Shown here: piece by piece, positions 63,839 through 64,000 of the stretch
How the letters are laid out: every line of letters starts with the position of its first letter
Position numbering within the stretch: the stretch's first letter is position 1
Origin: Pelagomonas calceolata
Taxonomy: Eukaryota
NCBI GenBank assembly: GCA_918797485.1
Contig: CAKKNE010000006.1
Location: forward strand, 1,426,001-1,490,000
Length of the DNA: 64,000 nt
Direction: 5' to 3'
Position numbers and translations under genes: made by a program
The notes under the pieces: model-generated
Databases searched by the model: none
The model's input: the letters and a program-made list of their open reading frames with translations, nothing else
What the model was told of the DNA's origin: nothing

Positions 63839-64000
63839 TTTTGATTTAACTGTACCGTGACTACTTCGAGACTGCCAGTGGTGGTTAGTAACTGTCGCGG
63901 CGATGGCGTGCTGGTGGGGTGGACGTCCGCCCGCCTCGACGCTATCGCCGCGACGGCGTGCTGGTGGAGCTCCGATCCACACTTCCGGGCGGGCGCGGCC

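Overview
GC-rich, gene-dense eukaryotic nuclear DNA with short spliceosomal introns. The aureochrome, plastid-type bipartite presequences, TIR/TSD introner elements and expanded TPR, U-box-Sel1 and ankyrin families point to a pelagophyte stramenopile (Pelagomonas/Aureococcus-like; inferred). About 38 protein-coding loci are recognisable, including succinyl-CoA ligase beta, WAVE/SCAR, PDX1, kinesin-9, PP2C, DES1, an aureochrome, an ABC1 kinase, a cyclin, a syntaxin, SIRT2, DYRK1 and GT90. The standout is a pair of cryptic tRNA genes interrupted by archaeal-type bulge-helix-bulge (BHB) introns at non-canonical positions. tRNA-Gln(CTG) at 45990-46140 has three introns (12/13, 22/23, 59/60), and tRNA-Ala(CGC) at 46753-46849 has a D-loop intron. 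Other points of interest: an ankyrin-LOV photoreceptor with a CaaX end next to a divergent aureochrome, a possible plastid polyprotein (PIP-TrmJ) with duplicated transit-peptide-like linkers, a recurrent ~25-bp promoter motif, introners at three stages of decay, several chimeric or truncated gene junctions, and a decayed low-GC tandem-domain pseudogene. All calls are from reading the sequence; no database searches were run.
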